A stretch of DNA of 33,700 nt from Acidobacteriota bacterium (GTDB lineage: Bacteria > Acidobacteriota > Blastocatellia > RBC074), in NCBI GenBank assembly GCA_017991275.1, contig JAGNMH010000001.1:1-33700 (forward strand), written 5' to 3'. The first letter of the stretch is position 1. Every line of letters starts with the position of its first letter. Position numbers and translations under genes: made by a program. This document shows positions 1 through 8,444 of the stretch, one piece after another. The notes beneath the pieces are model-generated. The model ran no database searches. It saw only the letters and a list, made by a program, of their open reading frames with translations, and was not told where the DNA came from.

Positions 1-82
1 TTTTTCTTTGAGCATCAATTTTCAGGCGTGTCGCAAATTTGCCGGCGAGCCAGAGAACCGGCGGCATTGCGTCGAAAGTAGG

Positions 83-112
83 TTGTCAATTGGCAAAAGG
101 CTTCTGCTATAA
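83..112 (+). promoter_or_regulatory. Candidate sigma70-type promoter for the HtrA-family gene (TTGTCA, 18-nt spacer, TATAAT)
   Basis: TTGTCA lies at 83-88 and a perfect TATAAT at 107-112, about 90 nt upstream of the ATG at 200. This is a motif match only, with no transcript data. Confidence 0.35.
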
Positions 113-199
113 TCCGCCTCGCTTAATCGAAGTGGTTTTCTCCTCTCATTCGACCCTGATATTCAAACTGACAGAGCAACAAACTTTTTAGCAAGCGGT

Positions 200-1762
200 A
201 TGGTTATGAAGAATTTCGCTCAAGACAACAGCGAATTGCTCGAAAATTATCGTCGCTCTCGGCGGCGTGCAATTCTGGTTTCTGTGGCAGCCTGTTTTCT
301 GGCTGCCGGAGTCATCATAGGTGCCGCGCTTTCGCGTCAGCCCAACCCCGTCAAAGCGGGCAACAAAGAGGTCAATTCTGAATTGGCTTCAGCTTTTGTC
401 GAAGTCGCCCGCCTGGTCGAACCCGCAGTCGTCAACATTTCTACCGTCACTAAACCCGTCAAACAGCAAAGCCGTGATTCTGAGTTGTATGCGCTTCCCC
501 GTCCGTCGCTGGATTCAGCTTTGCCATACAGCAACAACGAACAGGCTCAGCGAGGCAATGGCTCAGGGGTGATAGTTGATCCGCAAGGCTACATTCTGAC
601 CAATCGCCACGTCGTAAATCAGGTTGACCGGATCAAGGTTCGACTTTCCGACGGAACTGAGCTTACGGCTCGGTTGATCGGGAGCGACGCTGAGGTTGAT
701 CTGGCAGTCGTCAAGGTTGACCCGATTGCTCCGTTGACTGCGGTCAGGCTTGGTGATTCTGAAAAAATGCGCGTGGGAGATTGGGTGCTGGCAATCGGTT
801 CTCCGTTCGGGCTGGATCAAACTGTCACCGCCGGAATCATCAGCGCCAAAGAACGCGATTCGTCCGAGTTGTACAAACGAGTCGGCTTTCAATTCTTTCT
901 GCAAACCGACGCGGCCATCAATCGAGGAAACTCCGGCGGGCCTCTCATCAATTTGTCGGGCGAACTGATCGGCATCAACTCCGCAATTGCCACCAGCACA
1001 GGAGATTACAACGGCATCTGTTTTGCGCTTCCTTCGCTGGAAGCCATTGCTGTTTACAGACAGTTGGTTAAGAATGGCCGGGTCGTTCGCGGTTTTCTTG
1101 GTGCAATGACCGAGCGTGTAACTCCTCAAATCGCTAAAATCTATAACCTACCGGTTGCTCGTGGAGCGATCATTAGCAACATCAGCGACACAGTGTTAGC
1201 TGGCAACCGTGCGGTAGAAAGCCCTGCTGCGAAAGCAGGTTTGAAACTAAACGACATTGTACTTGAGTTTCGTGGCGACCGAATCAAAGACGATTCAGAC
1301 CTTGTCAGGCGAGTCGCTTCGGCTCCTGTCGGTGCTCCGGCGCCAATCAAGATTTTTCGTGATGGCAAAGAAATGACACTCTCAGTTGTCATCAGTCAGC
1401 GACCAGGTTCGGATTTTCCGGCTGTGACTAATTCGTTAAAAGCTAGCGAATCAGAACTTTCTCCGCGGCAAACCATTGGAATCTCTGTTCAAAACCTGAC
1501 ACCGACTCGAATCCTGGAACACGCGCTTGGCTCAGTTATGGGTGTCACCGTCATTCGAGTCGAAGCTGGAAGTATTTCAGATGATGCTGGCTTGAAAGTA
1601 AATGATGTGGTCGAATCTATAAATCGGCAACAAGTCAGAAATGTTGAGGGTTTCAAGGAAGCTCTTTCTGACATCAATGCTGGTGAGCCTATTGTTCTTC
1701 AAGTTTACAGACAAAAGTTTTACCCGAATCCGCGAATTTTTATCTCTTTCAACAGGCCTTAA
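200..1762 (+). CDS. HtrA/DegP-family periplasmic serine endoprotease (S1C) with N-terminal membrane anchor and two PDZ-like domains
   Basis: 520-aa ORF. The catalytic triad contexts TNRHVV (His), DLAVVKV (Asp) and GNSGGPLIN (Ser) are typical of HtrA. There is a hydrophobic N-terminal segment AILVSVAACFLAAGVIIGAAL, and the C-terminal half has two PDZ-like segments. Confidence 0.93.
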   Translation: MVMKNFAQDNSELLENYRRSRRRAILVSVAACFLAAGVIIGAALSRQPNPVKAGNKEVNSELASAFVEVARLVEPAVVNISTVTKPVKQQSRDSELYALPRPSLDSALPYSNNEQAQRGNGSGVIVDPQGYILTNRHVVNQVDRIKVRLSDGTELTARLIGSDAEVDLAVVKVDPIAPLTAVRLGDSEKMRVGDWVLAIGSPFGLDQTVTAGIISAKERDSSELYKRVGFQFFLQTDAAINRGNSGGPLINLSGELIGINSAIATSTGDYNGICFALPSLEAIAVYRQLVKNGRVVRGFLGAMTERVTPQIAKIYNLPVARGAIISNISDTVLAGNRAVESPAAKAGLKLNDIVLEFRGDRIKDDSDLVRRVASAPVGAPAPIKIFRDGKEMTLSVVISQRPGSDFPAVTNSLKASESELSPRQTIGISVQNLTPTRILEHALGSVMGVTVIRVEAGSISDDAGLKVNDVVESINRQQVRNVEGFKEALSDINAGEPIVLQVYRQKFYPNPRIFISFNRP

Positions 1763-1870
1763 AAAAAGTCACGCGGCTTGATGGCCTATTCAATCGCAGT
1801 AACCGTTTCTGGGTTTACGCGCTGCGAATCATTGTTAACGACAATCCCATGCCCCGGAGGTCAATAAACG

Positions 1871-2440
1871 ATGCACTTACGCAAACTCTCCCTGCTCCTC
1901 ACAGGCCTGTTGGCTGCTGCTGTTTTAATAACAGCAAACACGATTTCGGTTGAAGCCAAAGGTAAAAAGAAAAAAGCCGTTGCTTCATCAGCTAAAAGTA
2001 AAAAATCAAAAACTGCCCGGAGCAAATCGGCCCGCCGAACAGTCGCTAAAAGAAGCAAACGATCGCGAAGGTATGCGGAAGAAAAGTATGCACCAGACCC
2101 TTCGCCAAAAATTGTTCCCGACCGCATAGAAGTTCTAGAATACGGCTCAACCAACTCAAGCGAGTTGTCCAAATTATTAAGCCCTCCGCAGCCTAGCAAT
2201 CAGTTGAGCAACGATGTCGGAACCATTACTCCCTCGCGCAAAGTGAATATTGACACGATGCGGGTAATTCAGATTCAACAGGCTCTGGCAAGCAAGGGGT
2301 TTTACTCCGGTGAAACTTCCGGCAACTACGACGAAGCCACGATTGATGCAATGCGTCGCTTCCAGTCTACCAATCAAATTTCCGCTACGGGCTATCCTAC
2401 CGCTCACGCGCTCAAACGATTGGGACTCGCAAGCTGGTAA
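1871..2440 (+). CDS. Secreted polybasic protein with C-terminal peptidoglycan-binding (PG_binding_1-like) domain
   Basis: 189-aa ORF with a GGAGG about 10 nt upstream. It has the signal peptide LSLLLTGLLAAAVLITANT and a K/R/S-rich tract (KGKKKKAVASSAKSKKSKTARSKSARRTVAKRSKRSRR). The C-terminal IQIQQALASKGFYSGETSGNYDEATIDAMRRFQ matches the peptidoglycan-binding repeat pattern. Confidence 0.8.
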   Translation: MHLRKLSLLLTGLLAAAVLITANTISVEAKGKKKKAVASSAKSKKSKTARSKSARRTVAKRSKRSRRYAEEKYAPDPSPKIVPDRIEVLEYGSTNSSELSKLLSPPQPSNQLSNDVGTITPSRKVNIDTMRVIQIQQALASKGFYSGETSGNYDEATIDAMRRFQSTNQISATGYPTAHALKRLGLASW

Positions 2441-2463
2441 TCAGGAATTTAGACGTATCTCAC

Positions 2464-2498
2464 GAGCTGCGAGCTGTAATTACAAAAGCTCGCAGCTC
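2464..2498 (+). terminator. Hairpin terminator candidate downstream of the PG-binding gene
   Basis: A perfect 12-bp stem, GAGCTGCGAGCT (2464-2475) with AGCTCGCAGCTC (2487-2498), encloses an 11-nt loop. It is followed by the pyrimidine-rich TTCTCCTTCC. Confidence 0.55.
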
Positions 2499-2738
2499 TT
2501 CTCCTTCCCCAACAACCAAGCTCTTGATTTGCCGTCTTCCCCATTTGATAATCCCACCGGTCGCAGTTTTAGACCTCATTTTTAGCCAGCAGTTCAGCAA
2601 CTTCTTCATAGTCGGTCAGCTTTCTCAACAGACTCATTTGTCGGGTTGTGTCTTGCATTGACTGTAAAGACTGCTGAATTTGTCTGCCAGCGATTAATCG
2701 AGGCTTCATCAAGCCGTACTTTTTTCTTCTATTATCTG

Positions 2739-3308
2739 ATGCGCAATAACTGGCAACCAACGCCGGAAGATTTCAAGCTTTTTCTTCGCTGGCTGGATCA
2801 AAACGAAGAAATTGCTGCCCAACGTTACGAAGGCATTCGCCGCAACCTGATAGCCATCTTTAACCGACGCGGCTGTCACTGCTCTGAAGACCTGGTTGAC
2901 GAAACTTTCAACCGCGTTATGCGCCGCCTGCCGAGCATGATTGAAACCTACGAGGGTGAACCCGCACGTTACATCATCGTCGTAGCGCGAAACCTACATC
3001 TGGAATACGTCAAAGAGACTGACCGCTTGGAGCCATTGCCGGAGCACGATCACACCAGCCTGTCAGCTAACTCTGTTGACGAAACAAAAGAAGAGGAATT
3101 TAGCTGCCTGGAACACTGCTTGAAGCAGCTAACTCCGCCACAGCGCAAGCTCGTTGTCGGTTATTACCAGGAGAGCAAACGAGCCAAGATTGACCACCGC
3201 AAACAAATTGCAGATGAACTGGGAATTGGCCTGAATGCGTTAAGAATTCGTGCCCACCGCATAAGAGGCTCGCTGGAGGAGTGCTTGAGGCTGTGCTTGA
3301 GATATTAA
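2739..3308 (+). CDS. ECF-type (sigma-70 family, group 4) RNA polymerase sigma factor
   Basis: Region-2-like DLVDETFNRVMRRL and region-4 HTH-like LTPPQRKLVVGYY...QIADELGIGLNALRIRAHRIRGSLEECL. I chose the ATG at 2739 (MRNNWQPTPEDF...). The ORF-track start at 2646 is a TTG that adds a non-conserved-looking extension. Confidence 0.85.
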   Translation: MRNNWQPTPEDFKLFLRWLDQNEEIAAQRYEGIRRNLIAIFNRRGCHCSEDLVDETFNRVMRRLPSMIETYEGEPARYIIVVARNLHLEYVKETDRLEPLPEHDHTSLSANSVDETKEEEFSCLEHCLKQLTPPQRKLVVGYYQESKRAKIDHRKQIADELGIGLNALRIRAHRIRGSLEECLRLCLRY

Positions 3309-3394
3309 CAGGACCAAAGGCGAAACACTTTACCAAATTGCTCCTTAAACGACTGGCAGAACTATCCTAACCACTAAAGGGGCTGAGCATGTAA

Positions 3395-4414
3395 ATGAAA
3401 AAAGAAGCTTTAGGAAACGACACACAATTACGTAGCTACTTGCTAGGTGAATTACCGGCAGACCAGCAACAATTGATTGAAGAGCGTCTGTTGATTGACA
3501 ACGATTACATGGAGCAGATGCTGATCGTCGAAGAAGACCTGATTGACGATTACAGGACAAACCAATTATCCCCTCAACAAAAGGTCAATTACCAAAAACT
3601 ATTTTTGGCATCACCAGAAGGCCGGCAGAAGCTGAAAATCACACAGGTTCTGAAGAAATACTTAAACGATTTCCCTGCTAAAACGGCTCCGCAAGCAGCT
3701 TTTTGGGAGCGAGTTCAAAACGCACTGGCTCAAGTCTTTCCCCCTCCCGTGTTAAAAGCAGCAACGGCACTGTTGGTGATTGGATTCGGTATATTCAGTT
3801 GGTGGGCCTTACTTCAATCCGACTTGAGAACTGGCATCAACGCCTTGAAAGGTGCCTACGGCGAACACAGACCGCTCGAAGCCCGAATCACAGGCTTTCC
3901 TTATGCCAATTTCTCAGGCTCACCAAAGTCCCCCAATCAATCCAGCGCTGCCAAGCTAAAAATTGCTGATAAAGCGTTTCAGGAATTGATGAGTGAAAAG
4001 CCAACTGCTTCTTCTCTTCATGGGCTGGGAAAATACTACCTAACCCAAAAAAAATTCGACGAAGCCATCGCTAACCTGAACAATGCGGCAATGGCAGCTT
4101 CAAATAACCCGGCGGTTCATACCGATCTGGCTGTAGCGTTCCTTGAAAGAGGCAAGCTCTACTTGGCCGGTTCTCAACCGGAAAAAGCGCAAGCTGATTT
4201 CGATAATTGCAAGAAGCATCTGGATCAGGCACTCAGCCATAATCCAACATCAGCCGACACGATTTTCAACATTGCGCTGTTTTACCAGACTACAAAATCC
4301 TGGAAAGAAGCGGAAGAAAGTTGGCGACGCTTTTTGGTCGTCGAACCAAAAACTAAATGGTCTGAAGAAGCCAGCCGTTATCTCAATATCGCTGTCGAAT
4401 CTCAGAAAAAATAG
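3395..4414 (+). CDS. Putative membrane-anchored anti-sigma factor with extracytoplasmic TPR domain
   Basis: The gene lies immediately downstream of the ECF sigma gene. It has an N-terminal LRSYLLGELPADQQQLIEERLLIDNDYMEQMLIVEEDLIDDY motif, one TM helix (AATALLVIGFGIFSWWALL) and C-terminal TPR-like repeats. No HxxxCxxC zinc motif is present. The function is inferred from context. Confidence 0.7.
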   Translation: MKKEALGNDTQLRSYLLGELPADQQQLIEERLLIDNDYMEQMLIVEEDLIDDYRTNQLSPQQKVNYQKLFLASPEGRQKLKITQVLKKYLNDFPAKTAPQAAFWERVQNALAQVFPPPVLKAATALLVIGFGIFSWWALLQSDLRTGINALKGAYGEHRPLEARITGFPYANFSGSPKSPNQSSAAKLKIADKAFQELMSEKPTASSLHGLGKYYLTQKKFDEAIANLNNAAMAASNNPAVHTDLAVAFLERGKLYLAGSQPEKAQADFDNCKKHLDQALSHNPTSADTIFNIALFYQTTKSWKEAEESWRRFLVVEPKTKWSEEASRYLNIAVESQKK

Positions 4415-4442
4415 AAACTTATCTTTGCCTGTAAGGACAAGG

Positions 4443-4481
4443 CGCCCTGCTTTTGCGAATCATGATTCAAAAAGCAGGGCG
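4443..4481 (+). terminator. Intrinsic terminator-like hairpin between convergent genes
   Basis: CGCCCTGCTTTT (4443-4454) pairs with AAAAGCAGGGCG (4470-4481). The loop contains the palindrome GAATCATGATTC (4457-4468). TTT follows the stem. Confidence 0.65.
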
Positions 4482-4512
4482 TTTACATTACCGGACCTCA
4501 CTGACGAGCCTA

Positions 4513-5010
4513 TTATTCCAGATAAGGCTCTGTTCCATCCGAAGCTCTGGCCGACAGATTGTTTCGCATGATAATTCTGGCACAGGCGTTCCAGCGCAAA
4601 ATCGAATCGTCATTGCCTTCGGGACGACAGACTTCAGCTTTTTCAAAATGGCGCATAGCTTCACGCAAGTATTCGTAAGCATCGTGGCTGCTGCCTGGCC
4701 CGCCGTGGTTGAGCCGAGCCTTGGCTTGCCGCTCGCAGAGAATTCCGGCGTAATAATCTCGCTGATAATCATCCTTGATGCGCGGCAAAACTTCTTTGGC
4801 CTGAGTCACACCACTGCCATAGCCTTTGGCAAAGCGATCAGTTAACGCCAGGAGCAAAGTCACTAAAGCATCCTGATTTTCTGGCTCGATTTCCAGAACG
4901 TCCAGACAAATGCTTTCGGCCTCGCCCGGTTCATTCAGCAAGCGGTAATGATGGGCTTTTTCCAGCGCCTGATTCAGCGCGTCTTTGTGAATTGGCTTTA
5001 GCTCGAACAC
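4513..5010 (-). CDS. Conserved hypothetical TPR-like helical protein
   Basis: 165-aa ORF with a GTG start at 5010, preceded by GGAGAG at 6-nt spacing. The helical repeat-like sequence (ALEKAHHYRLLNEPGEAESICLDVLEIEPENQDALVTLLLAL) has no catalytic motif. Confidence 0.8.
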   Translation of the reverse strand: MFELKPIHKDALNQALEKAHHYRLLNEPGEAESICLDVLEIEPENQDALVTLLLALTDRFAKGYGSGVTQAKEVLPRIKDDYQRDYYAGILCERQAKARLNHGGPGSSHDAYEYLREAMRHFEKAEVCRPEGNDDSILRWNACARIIMRNNLSARASDGTEPYLE

Positions 5011-5039
5011 GAATTCTCTCCGAATGGAATTAAATGGTT

Positions 5040-5117
5040 CACGCCAAGCCGCAAAGTCGCCAAGAAAAAAAGAAAGTCACCTTCTGACCTTTCTTTGCGC
5101 CTTTGCGGCTTGGCGTG
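5040..5117 (-). terminator. Long compound hairpin directly after sdhB (putative operon terminator / REP-like element)
   Basis: Perfect 17-bp arms CACGCCAAGCCGCAAAG (5040-5056) and CTTTGCGGCTTGGCGTG (5101-5117). An inner stem pairs AAAGAAAGTCA with TGACCTTTCTTT around a CTTC loop. The element starts 19 nt beyond the sdhB stop on the minus strand. Confidence 0.6.
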
Positions 5118-5135
5118 GGGGACAAACTTGAACAC

Positions 5136-5876
5136 TTACTTCTTGCCTTTGCCGGTCAGCTTGCGAATCACCCACATAACCGGATCGTAATGATCGTCAA
5201 CCACGCGCTCTTTCAACGGGATGATGGCGTTGTCGGTAATGTGAATGTCTTCTGGGCAAACTTCAGTGCAGCATTTGGTGATGTTGCAAAATCCTATACC
5301 GAGTTCGTCTTTCAGTAAATCCGTGCGTGAAAGGCTGTCCAGCGGGTGCATATCCAGCCCGGCGACGCGAACGAAAAAGCGCGGGCCGCCAAACTCTTCG
5401 GTCTTCTGGTGATCGCGCAAGACGTGACAAACGTTTTGGCAAAGGAAACATTCGATGCACTTGCGGAACTCCTGCACGCGATCAATGTCGTCCTGTTGCA
5501 TTTTCCAGTCGGTGTTTTCGCGCGGCGTGAAGGCCGGAATCTTTTTGTTGATTCGGTAATTCAGCGAAACATCCGTCACCAAGTCTTTGATGAGTGGAAA
5601 AGTTTTTAGCGGGTTAACCACGATTGGTTGATCCAGCGGCAGCGCATCCATTCTGGTTTTGCAGGTCAAGCGCGGACGGCCATTAACTTCGGCGGAACAC
5701 GACCCGCACTTGGCGGCTTTGCAATTCCAGCGAACGGCCAAGTCAGGAGCCTGGTGCCCCTGAATGTAATGCAGCGCGTCCAGCACAACCATTCCAGGGG
5801 CAATGGGAACCTGGAAATCCTGGTGTTCGCCGCCGTCTTTATCGCCGCGATAAACTCTTAAAGTTGCTTCAGCCAT
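5136..5876 (-). CDS. sdhB: Succinate dehydrogenase/fumarate reductase iron-sulfur subunit
   Basis: Cysteine clusters CKAAKCGSCSAEVNGRPRLTC (2Fe-2S), CIECFLCQNVC (4Fe-4S) and CNITKCCTEVCP (3Fe-4S). The start overlaps the sdhA stop as TAATG, which suggests translational coupling. Confidence 0.95.
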   Translation of the reverse strand: MAEATLRVYRGDKDGGEHQDFQVPIAPGMVVLDALHYIQGHQAPDLAVRWNCKAAKCGSCSAEVNGRPRLTCKTRMDALPLDQPIVVNPLKTFPLIKDLVTDVSLNYRINKKIPAFTPRENTDWKMQQDDIDRVQEFRKCIECFLCQNVCHVLRDHQKTEEFGGPRFFVRVAGLDMHPLDSLSRTDLLKDELGIGFCNITKCCTEVCPEDIHITDNAIIPLKERVVDDHYDPVMWVIRKLTGKGKK

Positions 5877-7603
5877 TATTTATCCTCCGCCAAGACTTGC
5901 TTCAATTCGTCGGGCATTTCCATCAGCTTGCGCTGGCTCAAATTCATGCTGCCATCGCTGTTGCGCTTGATGATGTTGTGCTGTTTGCCCCAAATCTCAT
6001 CGTCGAGTTTTTCAAAATCCACGCGCGCGTGAGCGCCACGACTTTCTTTGCGTTCGCGCGCCGACAACGCGACGGCTTCAGAAACGATGAGCATGTTTCT
6101 GAGGTCGCGCGCCAGGTGCCAGCCAGGATTGAACATGCGCGAACCATCCACGCGGACTTTCTTTGCGCGTTCCTTGAACTGTTCGATGTTGTCCAAGCCT
6201 TTGGTCATGTCTTCCTGATTGCGGAAGATGCCCACCAAATCCTGCATTGACTCCTGCAAGTCACGATGCACGTCGTAAGGCGATTCGCCTGAAGTTCGCT
6301 CAAACGGTTCCAGCATTTCGCGCGCTGCGGCTTCTATTTGGTCGTTGCCGATGGCAGACGTTCCCGCGCTGTTGGCGTGTTGAGCGGCGGCCATTCCAGC
6401 TCGACGGCCAAAAACCAGCAGGTCTGATAGCGAATTTCCGCCAAGACGATTTCCGCCGTGTAATCCGGCGGCGGCTTCTCCGGCGGCATAAAGCCCTTTG
6501 ACAGTGGCCGCGCCAGTTTCGGCTTCGACGTTGATTCCGCCCATCACATAATGACAGGTCGGGCCAACCTCCATCGGGCCTTTGGTGATGTCAACGTCGG
6601 CCAGTTCCTTGAATTGGTGATACATGCTCGGCAGCTTTTTCTTCACGTAATCGCCCGGCTTATGCGAAATGTCCAAATACGCGCCGCCGTGTTCAGAACC
6701 ACGTCCTTCGCGGACTTCGGTGTAAATCGAACGCGCCACAACGTCGCGTGTCGAAAGTTCCATTCGTTTCGGGTCGTACTTTTCCATGAAGCGTTCGCCC
6801 TGTTTATTGCGAAGGATTCCGCCTTCGCCGCGCACAGCTTCAGTCACCAGAATTCCCTGCACTCCCGGCGGCCATACCATTCCAGTCGGATGAAACTGGA
6901 CGAACTCCATATCTTTGAGTTCGGCTCCGGCGTCGTAAGCCAGCGATTGGCCGTCGCCTGTGTACTCCCACGAATTGGAAGTCACGCGCCAGGCTTTGCC
7001 AATACCGCCGGTGCAAATGACTATGGCTTTGGCTTTGAAGACAACAAAACGCCCCGTTTCGCGCCAATAAGCAAAAGCTCCGACAACTCGGTCGCCATCT
7101 TTCAACAACCTGGTGACTGTGCATTCCATGTAAACATCAACGCCTTGCTGAACTCCGCGATCTTGCAAGGTGCGGATCATTTCCAAGCCTGTGCGGTCGC
7201 CGACGTGAGCCAGGCGTTTATAAGTATGGCCGCCGAAAGCGCGTTGCAAGATTTTGCCGTCAGGGGTTCGGTCAAATAGAGCGCCCCACTTTTCCAGCTC
7301 CAGCACGCGATCCGGCGCTTCCTGGGCATGAAGCTGAGCCATGCGCCAGTTGTTCATGAATTTACCGCCGCGCATTGTGTCGCGGAAGTGCGGTTTCCAA
7401 CCGTCGGCAGCGTCAACGTTGGCCATCGCAGCAGCGACTCCGCCTTCGGCCATGACTGTATGAGCCTTGCCCAGCAGCGATTTGCAGACGACTCCAACCG
7501 AAGCGCCATGATTTAGAGCTTCAATCGAGGCGCGCAACCCAGCACCACCAGCGCCAATGATAAGTACATCGTGTTCGTGAGTTTCGTATTTTTCGTTTGC
7601 CAT
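5876..7603 (-). CDS. sdhA: Succinate dehydrogenase/fumarate reductase flavoprotein subunit
   Basis: FAD-binding VLIIGAGGAGLRA, a covalent-FAD histidine context (KAHTVMAEGG) and an active-site-like HPTG/RGEGG region. I chose the ATG at 7603 (MANEKYETHEHD...). The ORF-track start at 7624 is a TTG, and neither start has a clear SD. Confidence 0.93.
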   Translation of the reverse strand: MANEKYETHEHDVLIIGAGGAGLRASIEALNHGASVGVVCKSLLGKAHTVMAEGGVAAAMANVDAADGWKPHFRDTMRGGKFMNNWRMAQLHAQEAPDRVLELEKWGALFDRTPDGKILQRAFGGHTYKRLAHVGDRTGLEMIRTLQDRGVQQGVDVYMECTVTRLLKDGDRVVGAFAYWRETGRFVVFKAKAIVICTGGIGKAWRVTSNSWEYTGDGQSLAYDAGAELKDMEFVQFHPTGMVWPPGVQGILVTEAVRGEGGILRNKQGERFMEKYDPKRMELSTRDVVARSIYTEVREGRGSEHGGAYLDISHKPGDYVKKKLPSMYHQFKELADVDITKGPMEVGPTCHYVMGGINVEAETGAATVKGLYAAGEAAAGLHGGNRLGGNSLSDLLVFGRRAGMAAAQHANSAGTSAIGNDQIEAAAREMLEPFERTSGESPYDVHRDLQESMQDLVGIFRNQEDMTKGLDNIEQFKERAKKVRVDGSRMFNPGWHLARDLRNMLIVSEAVALSARERKESRGAHARVDFEKLDDEIWGKQHNIIKRNSDGSMNLSQRKLMEMPDELKQVLAEDK

Positions 7604-7685
7604 GATTGTCAGGGAAGAGGTCAATACTGTGGTCGGTTGGGAGCGGCTATCTTTGCTGCCCTCTTGTTACCGCACGCAGTGCTGA

Positions 7686-8444
7686 CTAAAGCAGTCTCAG
7701 ATCGGTAATCGCGCCTACGCACACCAGCTTGATGTACAGATCGGTCAAGGCGACAGAAAACAAGCTCAGCCAGGCAAAAAACATATGGCGTTCATTCATA
7801 AAACTGACGCCTTTCCACGCCTTGTAACGCGTGCCGCCTGCAACCGCGCAGGAAAAACAATCCAGCTTGCCGCCAATGATGTGTCGTAGTGAATGGCAGG
7901 AAAAGGTATAACAGCCCAACAGAACTACGTTTACTGTCATCACCAACGAGCCAACACCAACGCCGAAACCGTCCGCGAAAAAGAACGCCTTGACCGCGTC
8001 GTAAGCCAGAATGGCGATGAACAGTATCGCCAGGTACAAAAAATACCGATGCAGGTTTTGCAGAACAAATGGAAATTTGCGTTCGCCTGAGTAACTGCCT
8101 GCTCCGCGCCCAGTGACTGCACAGGAAGGCGGCGATAGAAGGAATGCACGATACAAGGCTTTACGATAGTAGTAACAGGTTCCCCGAAAGCCGAGTGGCG
8201 CGACCAGAATCAATAATGCCGGCGATAGAGGCCACCATTTATGCTCTGGATCAATCAATGGCGAGTAGAAAGGTGACAGGTAAGGCCCCCATTCGTAATC
8301 CGCCCCCTGAAACGCACGCCAGGTAGCGTAGAGGCTGAAGCCTCCCATAACGGCGACAATCGGCAAAACCTCCAGCCACCAGGAATCGCGCCTGAAGGTG
8401 GAGCCGAAGCGCCTGTTTTGTAAGTCAGTTCGTGATTCAGCCAT
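7686..8444 (-). CDS. Single membrane-anchor subunit of the succinate:quinone oxidoreductase (non-canonical, Cys/His-cluster containing)
   Basis: 252-aa polytopic membrane protein placed first in the operon with sdhA and sdhB. It has multiple hydrophobic helices and a CHSLRH...CFSC cluster (aa 183-199). The assignment rests on operon context. Confidence 0.75.
   Translation of the reverse strand: MAESRTDLQNRRFGSTFRRDSWWLEVLPIVAVMGGFSLYATWRAFQGADYEWGPYLSPFYSPLIDPEHKWWPLSPALLILVAPLGFRGTCYYYRKALYRAFLLSPPSCAVTGRGAGSYSGERKFPFVLQNLHRYFLYLAILFIAILAYDAVKAFFFADGFGVGVGSLVMTVNVVLLGCYTFSCHSLRHIIGGKLDCFSCAVAGGTRYKAWKGVSFMNERHMFFAWLSLFSVALTDLYIKLVCVGAITDLRLL

Noticed and set aside
1-15. Possible start (ATGCTCAAAGAAAAA on the minus strand) of a gene running off the left edge
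   Set aside because: Only five codons are visible and no RBS is evident, so it cannot be supported.
55-73. GAAC...CGTC resembling an ECF-type promoter upstream of the HtrA-family gene
   Set aside because: The spacing between the AAC and CGT elements is about 11 nt, well short of the 16-17 nt typical of ECF promoters.
2569-2760. 63-aa minus-strand ORF in the gap upstream of the ECF sigma gene. Internal starts would give 46-aa or 22-aa peptides ending ...LRKLTDYEEVAELLAKNEV.
   Set aside because: It has no clear RBS at any start. The longest form overlaps the sigma start codon, and no recognisable motif is present. It could be a real small protein, but the sequence alone does not support calling it.
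6551-7279. 242-aa ORF on the plus strand inside sdhA. Similar long antisense ORFs occur at 563-1129 (-), 5864-6250 (+) and 7893-8090 (+).
   Set aside because: It lies entirely antisense to a gene with unmistakable SdhA motifs. Its Arg/Ala/His-rich composition is typical of shadow ORFs, and it has no RBS or recognisable domain.
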